Shown here piece after piece: positions 13,080-26,293 of a stretch of DNA of 64,000 nucleotides. The stretch is from NCBI GenBank assembly GCA_951406725.2, contig OX597819.1:82460001-82524000 (forward strand). Reading direction: 5' to 3'. Position 1 is the stretch's first letter, and the number at the start of each line of letters is the position of its first letter. A model generated the notes under the pieces. It was not told the DNA's origin, made no database searches, and worked only from the letters and a program-made list of their open reading frames with translations. Position numbers and translations under genes: made by a program. Origin of the DNA: Octopus vulgaris. Lineage: Eukaryota.

Positions 13080-14790
13080 TACTAGAAGTCCTATTCTGTT
13101 GATCTACATATATTCGTCTTCAAGTAGTCACAACCAAGATGCATCTCACAATGCTGTGTAAGAAATGTCTATCCCCCATTAGGCTTAGGTGATCTTCATT
13201 TTCATGTTGTATCCCTGTGCCAGTAACATTGTAGCTGAATGATCTATATCCACTATTAAGATGTGGGCATCTCCAAAATACAACATCTGATATAGTTTGT
13301 TGCTCAGTACATGAGCACAAACCAGCAAAGCCTACCCTTCATTGAGCAATGATATTAGAGATGGGTAAGGCAGCAAGCTGGCAGAATCATTAGCATGCCG
13401 GGCAAAGTGCTTAGTGGTATTTCATCTGTCATTACATTCTGAGTTCAAATTCCACCAGGGTTGACTTTGCCTTTCATCCTTTGAAGGTCGATTAAATAAG
13501 TACCAGTTATGCACTTGGGTTGATGTAATCGACTTAATTCCTTCCCACAAATTTGAGGCCTTGTGCTTCCAATAGAAAGGAATATTAGAGATGGGTGGAA
13601 AATATCCATAAATCTCTTCTTTTGCTGTTGGGCTAATGCCGTGAGATATTTTGTGTCTGCTTAAAAGGTCTGGTCTATCTGCCATCAATGTGTTCTTGAG
13701 ACTCTTTCTTAGTCCAGATTTTGGCTTCATAGCAAAGAATGCATTTTACATATATGCTGAAAGAAGCAGGCTTTGTTAACTTTGAAATATTTGATTACTA
13801 GATATTTTGAAGCTTATTACAGTCCCTTCTGTTTAAAAAAAGGCTTTTGTACCAGCAGAAACATAGGACACATGTCATTTGAAGTCAATGACTTCCTTAA
13901 CTTGTGTGACATAATTGGAATGAATTGAATAGTGGCTTTCATCTTTGTTGATGGTCATGTATCTAGTTTTCTTTGCATTGAGAAACAGAACATGTGGATG
14001 CAGATTTTCATTGGATGTTAACAAATCTTGCACATCACACAGTTGAGGAGTGGTGAGGGAAACATCATCAGCATCCTCAATGAATGTCAGAGAGTTTTGC
14101 ATCCTACGGATGGCTTGATTACTTCTGCATGATAGTGAAGCCTTTGATTTGCTAGGGGTTAAGACTTTGCATATGGATGTCATCCACAACAAACATAAAG
14201 AGAAAAGGAGTTAAGATATCTCTCTGAAGGATTCCTGCTGTTATTAGAAACTCTTTAGTTGGGTTGTCTGTGTTTTGCACAAAGCTTGATGGACTTTTGT
14301 ACGAGATGGTGATGATTGCGATAATTTCATCTTGAATACTATCTTCAGTACAGGATATGTAATATAGCCTTTCTGCTGGCACTATCAAATGCCTTAGAGA
14401 AATCTGGTTATGCAAATGATGCCTTCTACTTGAAGATTCTCAGTTCTTCTATAATTATTCTCAGAACAAGAATTTATCAAAGAAACCATTTTAGTTTCAC
14501 CTTAGTTTGGGAATCAATGTGGTGGGAAATCCTGCTAAGGAACAAAGTTGTAGATATTTAATGTTATCTGGATGTGGGGTCTCGTTGTTTCTTAACCTTT
14601 CTAGAAAGTATTTAAATTCTTTTATGGTGATTGAGCCAGTCTAGATCAGCAGCCCATCTGCTACTTTGTGATTGTAAAAAAGAAAGTGATAAAATTGAAT
14701 AACACATACTACTCTTCATAGATTTTATGCTTGCCTTGATATCTTCTTTTTTTCCTCTCTTCATACTGTATTGCACATCAGTTCCAGCAG
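13080..14790 (-). pseudogene. Decayed RTE-like LINE (RT and 3' region), interrupted by a SINE
   Basis: ORF-track fragments contain EFLITAGILQRDILTPFLF (GVLQGDxLxPFLF) and EDADDVSL...LNAKKTRYM (YADD motif), with multiple stops and frameshifts. Ends approximate. Confidence 0.75.
13367..13581 (+). mobile_element. Full-length tRNA-derived SINE with 15-bp TSD
   Basis: TSD ATATTAGAGATGGGT at 13352-13366 and 13582-13596; B-box-like GAGTTCAAATTCC; central GACTTTGCCTTTCATCCTTT domain. Confidence 0.9.
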
Positions 14791-15692
14791 CTTATCAGCT
14801 TCTGTCCATGATCTCAAGAGAGAAGGGGAAGGACTAACTCTAGTAATTGACTGATAATTTAGTTAACAATCTGGAAAGGGTGAATCATAAAGTTGACATT
14901 TGTAGAATTTGGTTGGTCCAGGGCAATATTAGAAGACGCTTTCCCAAGGTGTTAGCAGTGAGACTGAATCTGAAACCACATTGATGCAAGGCAAGCTTTT
15001 TAACCACACAGCCATACCTCTACCTATTGTTTATTCTTTTCCACATCTCCATACCCTGCAACACCAACACCACTCAGAAGTCTTTCAAAACAGATGTACT
15101 TACAAAATTTGTATATGTGCTGTCTGTGATTTGAATCTTCATCAACAATACAGTCTACAATTGACTACTTGGATATTCAAATAGTCATTACTTTGAAACA
15201 TTTCACATTAATATTTAATACCAGCAAACATTTAAATTAGAAAAAACATTCTTACACAAAAAATAATTTTAGATTTATTTCAAGATTCTTTTCAACATGA
15301 CAAATATATTGTTAGTTGTGTGAAAGAGTAAGACTCTATAAAACCATTTCTATGATACAATATAATTAAAATAAGTATATGACATGAATATTATCTAGTT
15401 TCATATTCTGATTGTTATATGTTTATTTTCCCTAGTTCTTGACTTAAATTTATGTTTTGCCATATCTACTAATAATTGTAACTGGGAATGGTATATGTCT
15501 ACAAAATAACTACTCTAATTATAAATTGTTCTATACAAAATATTACTATATATCTTATGCAAAATATTTGCTTTCAATGTAATTGTGATTTACTACTTAT
15601 AGCTGCATCGACTCATTTCCTTGAAAAATTGACCATTAAAATAGTAATGCTCTACTATTTTGATATTCATAGATATTTCTAAATTATCATAA

Positions 15693-16067
15693 TCCTTTTG
15701 ATGCCAACCCACCCAAGTTCAATGATGCAAACTTCCTATTTTAAAGTGATCTAAATTAAATTTTTCCTTCAAAATTTCATGTTAAATTATGTTCAAATTA
15801 CCTGCTTAATAATGTCAAAAACATTTTTCTCAATTCTTCATAATTTTCAAAATTAATTGAAACAAAGGCATTTGTGTTTCTGCAGAAATATGGCAACAAA
15901 AATGTTAAAGTGACCTAAATTAAAACCTTCCATCAAACTTTCATATTAAATTATGTTCTAAATATATTATAATAATAATGACAAAATATTTCTACTAAAT
16001 TCTTTGTAATTTTCAAAATTAATTGAAGAAAAGACTATATTTCAAAAGAAATATGCTAACAGAAGGT
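15693..16067. mobile_element. TTAA-type MITE with internal ~164-bp tandem duplication
   Basis: Reverse-complement homolog of 62356-62569. The unit starting TTAAAGTGAYCTAAATTAAA is repeated at 15741 and 15905. Confidence 0.65.
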
Positions 16068-18177
16068 TTATAAGCATTGAAATAGTTGGTCTTATTGGTT
16101 GAAAATTATACATGAAAGTCTACCAAAAGCAGCTTTGTTTTAAATATATTTTGAGTAAAAACATATGCCACCCTTCTTATACAAATATGAACTGGCATAT
16201 TAACTTTGGATAATGTTATTCTCGCTAATAGGTTGCTATTTTCAAACTTGTTGTGATTACTTCTGACAAATATTAAAGGAAAAAAAAATCACTTTCCAGA
16301 TCTGCCTATGTTTCTCCTCAATCACTCTAGACTATTGGCAAAGTCTTGTTCTTCTATTAATGATTCCTAATGCTGTATTGGTTTTCCAGAAGTAAACAGC
16401 GTATTTTGGCATTCAAATTAATCAACAATATTAAATGAGATATTTTTTTTTGTCATATGATACATATACTTTATTCTTTCCAGTATCACCCAATTATATT
16501 TTCTTTTATTATACTGTCAAGAAATCATATTAATCAGATCCAAGCATATTTCAGTAATTCATTATTATTTTACTGCTTAGAAGTCATTGTCTTCACATTT
16601 TATCAAACAAATTATAAATAGGCTATCAGCTAAAAAATGAAGGTTGCAGCAAATTGTTTGAACCTTATATTTTCTGGTAGAAGCTCTTTATTTTTTTTTT
16701 TTAAATACATTCATAAATACATTCTCTCTTAGTAATTTATTATTTACTTTAGAATTTTTATGATGAAGAAGGCAATACATTGTAATCACCGAATTAATGG
16801 TCACAGGAATGTTGCACATTGTGATATAAATGATAGGTTACATATTTTGGAGTTTTTGTGCTCATCTAGCCTAATTATCATCATCATGATTATTATCATC
16901 TTCATTTAATATGCATTTTCCATGCTGTCATGGAAAGCTGTATCAAGCTCCAGCCTGATTTTGGCTTGGTTTCTATGGCTGAAAGCCCTTCTTAACACCA
17001 ACCACTGATACAAGGTAAATGTAAAAAGTAAAACGTTAATACCCTAACTGCACAAAGCCACTAATCTCATCTAGTTTCTTTGTCATCATCACACTTACTG
17101 TATTTTTCCTGTCTTACCTTGTGTTTACTTTCCTCTGATCTTCCTCCCCTGATATGTTTTTATGTAAATCTCTATCTTATCTGAACACAAACCAAATCTT
17201 TCTTACTAGCTTGAGAAGAATTGTAATGATTATCAGCCCTGCCTTTACTCTTTTAATTTGTAAAAATAATGTTTTGAGAAAAAAGGTTAACATTTCTTGA
17301 ACAATATTATGCTATCAATAGGACATTCCATACTATTAAGTTGTATTATTTCTCAAACTCCTAGAACTGATAACAAAAACCCTATTCACATTTAATCTCT
17401 TTTAAAAGAACACATTGGAGAATGTGATCTTTGTTACACTATGCCTGAATAAAAGATATGGATTGTCATGTATGGTATGTATTTGACCATAAGTATGCTG
17501 ACAAAGGCTAACCTGGAGTTAAACATCTCCTCTAGTTATATACTTAGATTAGTTTTTAAAGATATTTTTCAGCTTGTTCACAACCTATAAAATTATATAT
17601 ATATGTGTGATACCAATGATGATGATGATGACTATGATAATAATAATGCATATGGTGAATAGGTTGAAAAAAAAAAAGGCGATTTAAATGTCAGCACTAG
17701 TACCAGAAGAAACTATTTCTACAGAAAACATCTTCCCAGTGCTTCTCCAGTTTAGATACATGGAAATGACATTAACAATTTTCTTTGATAACATATTTCA
17801 ACTATTTAGTGTCCCCATGAAAATGTATTTTCTTGTAAATGAAGCTGTAAATTACTTGAACTTTATGTTGGTGACCTGTTAAAGTTTTGAAATAACTGAA
17901 TTAAGATGTATATAAAAAAAAAAGATACAGGTCAAACATTTTCAAGTATCAATATATTCTAAAATCTAAAATTATATTTACTGCCATTATCAAAAGGTCA
18001 TTTTTAAACCTTGTACAACCTTTTTATCATGTTTCTTGACAAGAGACATTATTCAACTTTCCCTGCCTACTTGATTGCTAACAGGACCCTCTCTTATTTC
18101 ATTTTTGCATGTCTAGAATTATCAGCTGCTTAAATGTAAAATCTACTGTTCAAACAAAACAGATTTGCCAACCCCAT

Positions 18178-18312
18178 ACATATGTATGTATATTCGTATG
18201 TATGTATGTATGTATGTATGTATGTATGTATGTATGTATGTATGTATGCACAGTTCGCATGTACGTACGTACGTATGTATGTATGTATGTATGTATGTAT
18301 GTGTGTGTATAT
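18178..18312. repeat. (TATG)n microsatellite
   Basis: Visible tetranucleotide run; explains four overlapping spurious ORFs. Confidence 0.95.
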
Positions 18313-18865
18313 ATTGGTATATGGCTATTGAGAAAACTGGGGTTAGGTTCAAAATCCACGAATCACAATGGGGAAGTGTATGTATAAAAATTGATCAGAG
18401 AAGTGAAGTGAGAGAATGGATGCTTATTCCATTAGTTGATAGCTATTTTATAATGTATGCTTGTTATGTGAGTGATGCGATATCATCTGTCATACATCAA
18501 TAAATAAATAAACACACACACACACATATATAGACTCATAAATGTAATTGTACTGTAACATAATTAGCAGGCTACATTTCAGAACATTTCATGGCAAGTT
18601 AAAACACCATAAATATTATATAGTACCAAATAGTCTTATTATATAGTTACAGATAATAGATGTATTCTGCAGGTTTCATTCTTTACAAATACTAGAATTA
18701 CCACATATGAAATGCATTAAGGAAGTGAAGATACTAGATAAATACGAATTCAAAAAAGAATACACTAAATTAAACTAAATAAAATTAAAAAAATTTTAAT
18801 AAGTTCATCACATTTACTTTCTAAAGATTTGGTTGCTCATCCCTTTGTATATAAATGAATAAACC

Positions 18866-19533
18866 ATAAGAAACTTGCTTCCCAGCCACATGGTTTTAGA
18901 TTCAGCCTACTGGGTGGCATCTTGGGCAAGTGGCATCTAGGGCAAGTATCTTCTAGTATAGACTCTGGCCAACCAAAATCTTGTGAGTGGCGTAGGTAGA
19001 TGGAACTGAAAGAAGCCTGTTGCGTGCATGCGCGCGCACACACACACACATAGGTGAAGGTGTGACTGTGTGGTAAGAAGCTTGCTTCCAAACCACATGG
19101 TTCTGGGTTCAGTCCCACTGCATGGCACTTTGGGCAAATGTCTTCTACTATATCCTTGGGCAAACCAAAGACTTGTGAGTGTATTTGGTGGACAGAAACT
19201 GTAAGAAGCCTATCATATATGTGTATATGTTTGTGTGTCTGTATTTGTCTCATTATCATCGCTTGACAACCGATGTTGGTGTACTTACATCCCTGTAACT
19301 TAGCGGTTTGGCAAAAGAGACCAATAAAATAAGTACTTGGCTTACAAAATATAAATCTTGGGGTCGATTTCTTCGACTACAGGCGGTGCTCCAGCATGGC
19401 CACAGTCTGGAACAAATAAAAGAAAAAAGAACGTGTGTGTGTGCTTGTTTGTGTCAAACATTGCTTGACAACTGTAACTTAATGGTTTGGCCAAAGCACA
19501 GTTTAATGACTGAAGCAAGTAAAAGATAAAAGA
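18866..19533 (+). mobile_element. Two tandem copies of the dominant SINE (family A); second (from ~19052) full length
   Basis: GTGTGGTAAGAAGCTTGCTT / GGTTCAGTCCCACTGC head, microsatellite linker, then tail ending GACTGAAGCAAGTAAAAGA. Confidence 0.85.
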
Positions 19534-19952
19534 AATGAATAAACGAACAACCAAACAAATATATAAACAGAATAAAAAGTTTGGAAAGAAATGAAGAGAA
19601 ATAAATAGGATTTAAAAATTGAGACAGGAAGCTTGGTTTGTTAAAGATGTATTTGGTTTAGTAGAGATACATGGTCGCATAGTAAAACAGCATACACTAT
19701 TGAAATTTCATGCACAGCTGATTTTGAAGCATGGAAATGCCATTCTAAGACTATTGATAATGACACCAACATATGCACATGCCTCATATGAATGTTCTCT
19801 AACACATTCATGTGCATGCGTTTACAAACAAATGCTTATTCACTCAAACAAGTTTGTATACAAAATACCTGTATCAAATAGTAATTTCATAATTGGTAGA
19901 AGTTCATCATTCTGTGTATGTCGTGAAATCAGTCTCTATCATTATTTGCACT

Positions 19953-19983
<31 letters not shown>

Positions 19984-20022
19984 ATATATACACATGCATA
20001 CATATAAAGATAATATTCATAT

Positions 20023-20520
20023 ATGGCTGTTTCTTGCACCAGCTTCACATAGAAGCCCCAGCCCATCCAAAATGCCTTGGATTGTAGGACGGCCTGCTGT
20101 ACTTACCTTGGATCATAGGGCGACCAGCTGTGCTTGAGGAGACATATTGAGTCAAGTACATCGACATCAAAAAATCAAATGGAAATTGTAGTCATGATAC
20201 CTGTGCCGGTGGCACGTAAAAAGCACCATCCGAACGTGGCCAATGCCAGCGCCACCTTGACGGGCTTCCATGCCACTGGCATGTAAAAAGCACCAACCAA
20301 TCGTGGCCATTGCCAGCCTCCCCTAGCACCTGTACCGGTGGCATGTAAAAAGCACCCACTACACTCACGGAGTGGTTGGCATTAGGAGGGGCATCCAGCT
20401 GTAGAAACACTGCCAGATCAGACTGGAGCCTGGTGCAGCCTCCTGACTTCCCAGACACTGGTTGAACCGTCCAACCCATGCTAGCATGGAAAACGGATGT
20501 TAAACGATGATGATGATGAT
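20023..20520 (+). mobile_element. SINE/LINE-tail element ending in (GAT)n with three internal GCCGGTGGCACGTAAAAAGCACC-like units
   Basis: Tail CCCATGCTAGCATGGAAAACGGATGTTAAACGATGATGAT; homologs at 53207-53404 (+) and 55782-55988 (-). Confidence 0.8.
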
Positions 20521-21885
20521 AATGCATGTATGCACACATGCATACATACATACATACATACATATACTCTATAAAGCTACCTCACTATCATTCCTCAAAT
20601 AAAGTAAAGAATAGGAAGCATAAATCCAGAAATAAACTAAAGAAGCTACATTTTAGAGTTTACTGATAGTATTGTTTGTGCACTATGATTTAAATAAATG
20701 TGTATTTGTGTATGTTTAATGACAGTCTCTGCAGATATATAATGTTTCAAACAGGCATATATGTATATATACAAAGGGCTTCTTTCAGTTTCCATCAATC
20801 AAGTGCAATCACAAGGCATTGGTCAACACAGGGCTTTAATATAAGATACTTGCCTAAGATGTCATGCAGTGGGATTTAACCTGGAAACTATGTATTTAAT
20901 TCTTTTATTAATACAAACCAAATATTGCTTCCAAAACTTGATTAAAAATTGAAATATTTGCTATCCTAGATTATTATTTGACTGTAACCATGTATAAAGC
21001 AACATGTGGACAATTTTTTGTTAATTATGGGAACAATTCAATGATAATTTGTTTCTCATTTATTCTCTCAAATATTGCACAAACTTGTGCAATCTTGTAT
21101 TCAAGAAACTTAGCTCTTCAAGTATGTTATTATTTGTATTAATTCCTTTTTGCAATTGTCTTAGAATAAAACTTGTTTATGTTTGTATTGATTTCTACTT
21201 GAATTGCAGAGAATATAATAAGGCAAAATACGATTGTTTTGAAGTAGTAAAATGTGATTGATTATTTTTTTGGTTTTTGTTTTTTCGCAAAAATCTCTTT
21301 GTTTCTTCTAAGTTCAATATTATTATGAATTGTAATGTCTACATTCACTAAAATGAAAAGGAGTATCTTTTAGAAATAAACTGGGTTAAATATAAACTTT
21401 ATTTTGCAAACCTATTAAGTTTAGATCAATGATTCAGCCTTCTATGCTGAAGATCAATATGGTCAATCTTGATTCAATATTGTAAAAGAAGAATGTAGTT
21501 TTAATTATCCAAATGGTCTAACTCCACCCAGGATTATTTTTATTTTCTTTCATTTTGCTGCATATTTCTAAATTTGTAAAATATTTTCAAAACACATGCA
21601 AATTAGATATTGTTTTATCAATATGATGAACATTTACAATCCAATTTCTTATCATTTCCATCTTAAATCTCATTTTTACAATGCTACTGGTTATATTATT
21701 TGCAAGTTAGAATAAGGCAATTGCTTAGAGTTACAGAATGTGTATTTGTGTGAGTGAGTTAACTATCTGATCCCATCTTCATGTGTTCAAGGGTAAACAA
21801 ACAGCTCATTCAGATGGTGTCATTTGTTTCCCTTTCTTGATATAACCATGTCCAGGACATTTGTTGATTGATTTACTGTGACATT

Positions 21886-23136
21886 ATTAGGTTGCTTCAA
21901 TACTGACAGAAGCTGATATTAGGAAGAACATCTATCAAAAAGTTATCCAAATTCTGGAAGAAATGGTAGTCAGTGGGGGCAAGATCAGGTGAGTATGGTG
22001 GGTGCTGGAGAACTTCCAACTTCAAATCCTGTAGTTTTGCCAATGTCATTTTTATGATGTATGGTCTGGCGTTGTCTTGCAATAAAATAGGAGTGGATCT
22101 GCTGAATAATCTAGGCTGCTTTTTGTAAGTTTCTGCATCTTTTGGTTCAGTTGACTGCAGTATACTTCAGCTGTGATTAATGAGCCAGGTTTAATGAAAT
22201 CATAAAGGATCACACTTGCGCCAGACCATCAACCACACACCATCAGCTTCTTTTGATGAATTTTGCTTTTTGAACTGTGTCTTAGTGGCTCATCTATGTC
22301 CAACCATTGTGCTGAACATTTTACAGTTGTGGTATTGGATCCATTTCTCATCCCGTGTTACAATTAGATTAAAAAATGATTCATTTTTGTGATGAGAAAG
22401 TAGCTTATTGCAGGCTTCCAAATGTTGCTGTTTCTGATTTTCATTGAGTTCATGGGGAACCCACTTATCCAACTTTTTCACTTTACCGATTTGAACGAGG
22501 TGAGTCAATATTGTTTGCTTGCTAACACCAAACAACAACAATAATTTGAGATGGATCTGACTCAACAGTGGCTTTCAGTTCATCATTATCCACCTTTATT
22601 TCTGGTTGACCATGTTGCTCATTTGTGAGGCCAAAGTTACCAGAAGAAAATTTAGCAAACTAATTTAATACAGTCTGCTATGTAATAACATTAGAATGCA
22701 ATACTCCATTAATATTCTGAGCTGTCTGTGATGCTGCATTTCCAAGAAAGAACTCATATTTTAAAACTATACAAATTCCCGCCTTATCCATCTCTAAACA
22801 ATAATAGCAAAAAACAATTCGTAAATACTTTATAAAGCACAAAATGAGTTAGAATAAAGAAATTTGTCAGCTTTCTAACAAAAAACAAGGATTATCAAAA
22901 TATGGCGCAAAATGAGCAACTGTCAAAGTTTACCATATACCTATTTCTTTATTACCCACAAGGGGCTAAACACAGAGAGGACAAACAAGGACAGACATAG
23001 GTATTAAGTCAATTACATCGACCCCAGTGCGTAACTGGTACTTAATTTATCGACCCCGAAAGGATAAAAGGCAAAGTCGACCTCGGCGGAAAGTTTACCA
23101 TATACTTTACTACAAATTTCATAGTTGATGATCTAA
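21886..23136 (-). mobile_element. mariner (DD34D) transposon relic
   Basis: ORF fragments carry WVPHEL, IVTRDEKWI, QDNARP and HPPYSPDLAPTDY motifs, frameshifted. TTAG..-type ends are only approximate. Confidence 0.9.
22941..23089 (-). mobile_element. 5'-truncated young SINE inserted in the mariner relic, 16-bp TSD
   Basis: TSD AAAGTTTACCATATAC at 22925-22940 and 23090-23105; CpG-intact CCGCCGAGGTCGACTTTGCCTTT domain on the minus strand. Confidence 0.9.
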
Positions 23137-23260
23137 TATATGGGGAACTTGTGAATGGGAAAAGACCCTGGAAGAAACCAAGGCTGCAATTTAAGGACTG
23201 TGTCAAGTCTTCATTAAAGGCCTGTGATATGCAGGAGACTGACTAGGAGAGCAATGCCCA
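23133..23260 (+). pseudogene. RTE LINE C-terminal fragment
   Basis: Translates to LIYGELVNGKRPWKKPRLQFKDCVKSSLKACDM, the typical RTE 3' motif (LLYGEL..G.R..G.P..R.KD..K..LK). Confidence 0.7.
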
Positions 23261-23733
23261 TCATTATACATACAGATTGTACATATATAAGCTAAATCAT
23301 TTACATACACGTAACCATCTGCAGTCCAATGACAATTACATTTATTTGGTCATTTAATAAACCTCATTTCTACCCAGATATCTCATCTGCTCTTCTACGA
23401 AATTCAACAACATGGAAACTTTATCTACAAATATTCTGCTGAATATTAGGTTACCAGTTTTAGAAGAATAGTTCGCCAAATTAAATTTACCAGTGTAGAA
23501 CTTCACATTCAAAACTTTCAGAATCAATATAGCTAATATATTAAGTACAAGTAACACTCATGGATTACCTGGAGAAAATGATAGGCTTCCCATGCAATTC
23601 TATGTTTTCTTGGTCAAATTTAGTCATGAGCTTACTTAACAAACTTAAAATCAAATTTCTCAAGTTTTCGCCTTTGCTTGTCAAATTTACTTTACTTGTA
23701 TGTTGTAGCTTGAATGCTATCATGCTCATATAC

Positions 23734-24137
23734 TTTTTTACTCTTTTACTCTTTTACTTGTTTCAGTCATTTGACTGTGGCCATGCTGAAGCACTGCCTT
23801 TACTCGAGCAAATCGACCCCAAGATTTATTCTTTGTAAGCCTAGTACTTATTCTATCGGTCTCTTTTGCCAAAATGCTAAGTTATGGGGACGTAAACACA
23901 CCAGCATCAGTTGTCAAGCGATGTTGGGGAGGGGGCAAACACAGACACACAAACATACACACATACATATACATATATACGACAGGCTTCTTTCAGTTTC
24001 CTTCTTCCAAATCCACTCACAAAGCTTTGGTCGGCTCGAGGCTATAGTAGAAGACACTTGCCCAAGATGCCACGCAGAGGGACTGAACCCGAAACCATAT
24101 GGTTGGTAAGCAAGCTACTTACCACACAGCCACTCCT
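23734..24137 (-). mobile_element. Family A SINE, full length
   Basis: Reverse complement of the 19052 and 24337 copies, with head, (CA/TA) linker and tail. Confidence 0.9.
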
Positions 24138-24336
24138 CTAAATAAAAAATATATTGAAATGAAATATGTGCATGTATTTGTGTATGTGTTTTCTTTAATT
24201 AATACCATGGTGTGTTAGAAATAATACTCAAACCTCCCTTAAATCATGCACATATATAAAAAAAATTCATTCAGGACATCAAAAATTTTGCACCTTTTGT
24301 CTTGTGGTTTAAATTTCAATTCAATATTTTTGACAT

Positions 24337-24670
24337 AGGCGCAGGAGTGGCAGTGTGGTAGGAGGCTTGCTTCCCAGCCACATAGTTCCAAGTTCAGTCC
24401 CACTGCATGGTACCTTGAGCAAATGTCTTCTGCAGTGGCCTCAGGTCGACCAAAGCCTTGTGAGTGGATTTAGTAGACAGAAACTGAAGGAGGCCTGTCG
24501 TGTGTATGTGTGTTTGTCCTTCCACTATTGCTTGTCAGTCAATGTTGGTGTGTTTACATCCCCATATCTTAGCAGTTCTGTGTGGGAAACTGATAGAATA
24601 AGTACTAGGCTGACAAAGAATATGTCCTGGGGTGCTCCAGCATGGCCACAGTCAATTGACTGAAACTATA
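24337..24670 (+). mobile_element. Family A SINE
   Basis: AGGCGCAGGAGTGGCAGTGTGGTA head through TGCTCCAGCATGGCCACAGTC..GACTGAAAC tail. Confidence 0.9.
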
Positions 24671-25424
24671 TAAATGATTCTTCACTACCAATTGCCACCT
24701 GAAAAGTTACAAGACTGAATAAAATGCCTACCATCATGCAGATTTGAATATTATTCAAATAAGCTGATTGGTAATGTACTCTATAACATATTGGAAAAAA
24801 GGATCCATTAATTCAAAATGTTCACATTGCTGGAGAAAATAAACAAAAAACCAGGGGATTTTAAAGAAGGGAAATAGTTTCAGGAAATTAGATTGAATTT
24901 CACTAAATAAATGTATATGTTCAGGGAAAACATTTGTTTCCTTGTTCAAATATTAATACTTAATGCTAATTACACATTTCTTAGGTTATTCCATTAGTTT
25001 CCAAGCGACCTTAATTCTGCTGTACTAATTGTATACCACACATATCATAGATATAGTATGAAAAGGTTGTATTTGTAAGCATCGATCTATTAGGTCTATG
25101 GAAGAGTAAAAGGGAAATAAATTGCTGAATGGCTATATCTTAGGGCAACCTATTTGTAAATCATGCATAGAAATTCACTACATCTCTTAATTTCATGAAC
25201 TTCGGTTCACCAAGCCATTAGGGAAAGGTAGCAGATCTTCCAGCTGGTATAATATTCAGAAATCATAATCTACTTAATGTAAAGCTAGAGTTAAGCTTCT
25301 GCTTTTACAGGTCCTTTTGAACTTACCAAAATATTTATAAATATTTGATAGATAGCCTCTTTGCTTTAGGTATTCTGAAACAAAGTTGATTTTAGCTATC
25401 CAATAACATCATCATCTTGATGAT

Positions 25425-25818
25425 GTTATCATCATCATTTTAATGTCCATTTTTCCCTGACAGCATGGGATTTGTTGAAGCAGATCTTTCTATGGATGGA
25501 TAACTTTGCAGTTATCAACCCTCACCTGTTTCCAAGAAAAATAATTCTTCCCTATGGCTGGACATGTTTTATGTAGAAAATTGGAAATTGTTGTAGATTA
25601 TACAAATAAGCTGATTGTCAAGACAAGAAGATACTAATATGCACATACATTTGTATATACATACACAACAGGCTTCTTTTAGTTTCTGTTAACCAAACCC
25701 ATGCTCAAGGTTTTACTTAGTTTGGGGACATAGTAAAAGACACTTGTCTAGGGTGCCACACAGTGAGACTCAACCCACAATGAAGTGGTTGGGAAGCAAG
25801 CTTCTTAACCACACTGCA
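25425..25818 (-). mobile_element. SINE with family A head and (GAT)n-type tail
   Basis: Head similarity at 25670-25818; CATCAT tail with TTTTCC..CAGCATGGG at the left end; similar layout at 30350-30755. Confidence 0.6.
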
Positions 25819-25986
25819 ACAACTACTTGCAAACTTGGGCTCTCTGCATGCAAATGTTTATCTAGTCAAAAATCTTAATATGTAACTAGTAAGGTATTTC
25901 TAATTAATGGGTCTCAAAGTTAGATGTTTATTCCTAAATTACCTTATCTGATGGCATAAAAGCTGCATAGGTATATTAGACACACT

Positions 25987-26293
25987 TTTTTGTTTGTTCC
26001 TTCTCAAGCCATGCCTGGCTCATTAGGGCCGGTTTCCTGGTTTCTTTGGCATATAGGTTCCCCACCTGGACGGGACGCTGGTCTATCGCCGGTGAGCCGC
26101 AAGATGCAGGAGGAAAGAGTGAGAGAAAGTTGGGGCGAAAGAGTCAGCAGAAGTTTGCCATTACCTTCTGCCAGAGCCGTGTGGAGCTTAGGTGTTTCGC
26201 TCATAAACACACACATCGCCCGGTCTGAGATTCGAATCTGTGATCCCTTGACCGGAAGTCTGCTGCTCTAACCACTAGACCATGTGCCTCCAC
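25987..26293 (-). mobile_element. Full-length tRNA-derived SINE (GTGGAGGC head) with 14-bp TSD
   Basis: TSD ATATTAGACACACT at 25973-25986 and 26294-26307; A box TGGTCTAGTGG and B box GATTCGAATCT on the minus strand; A-rich tail. Confidence 0.9.

Noticed and set aside
20200-20360. CRISPR-like repeat-spacer pattern (three GGCAYGTAAAAAGCACC units)
   Set aside because: Internal repeats of a eukaryotic retroelement found elsewhere in the window; the spacers are related and there are no cas genes.
18837-24663. Recurring peptides such as EDTCPRCHA.G.NPEP and MPKVPCSGTEPRT that look like a Cys/His gene family
   Set aside because: Chance translations of the family A SINE; they recur wherever the SINE occurs (also 53735-54283).
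26220-26293. tRNA gene (also the heads at 34468, 51411, 60470-60540)
   Set aside because: A/B boxes are present but continue into SINE bodies with TSDs; no complete cloverleaf.
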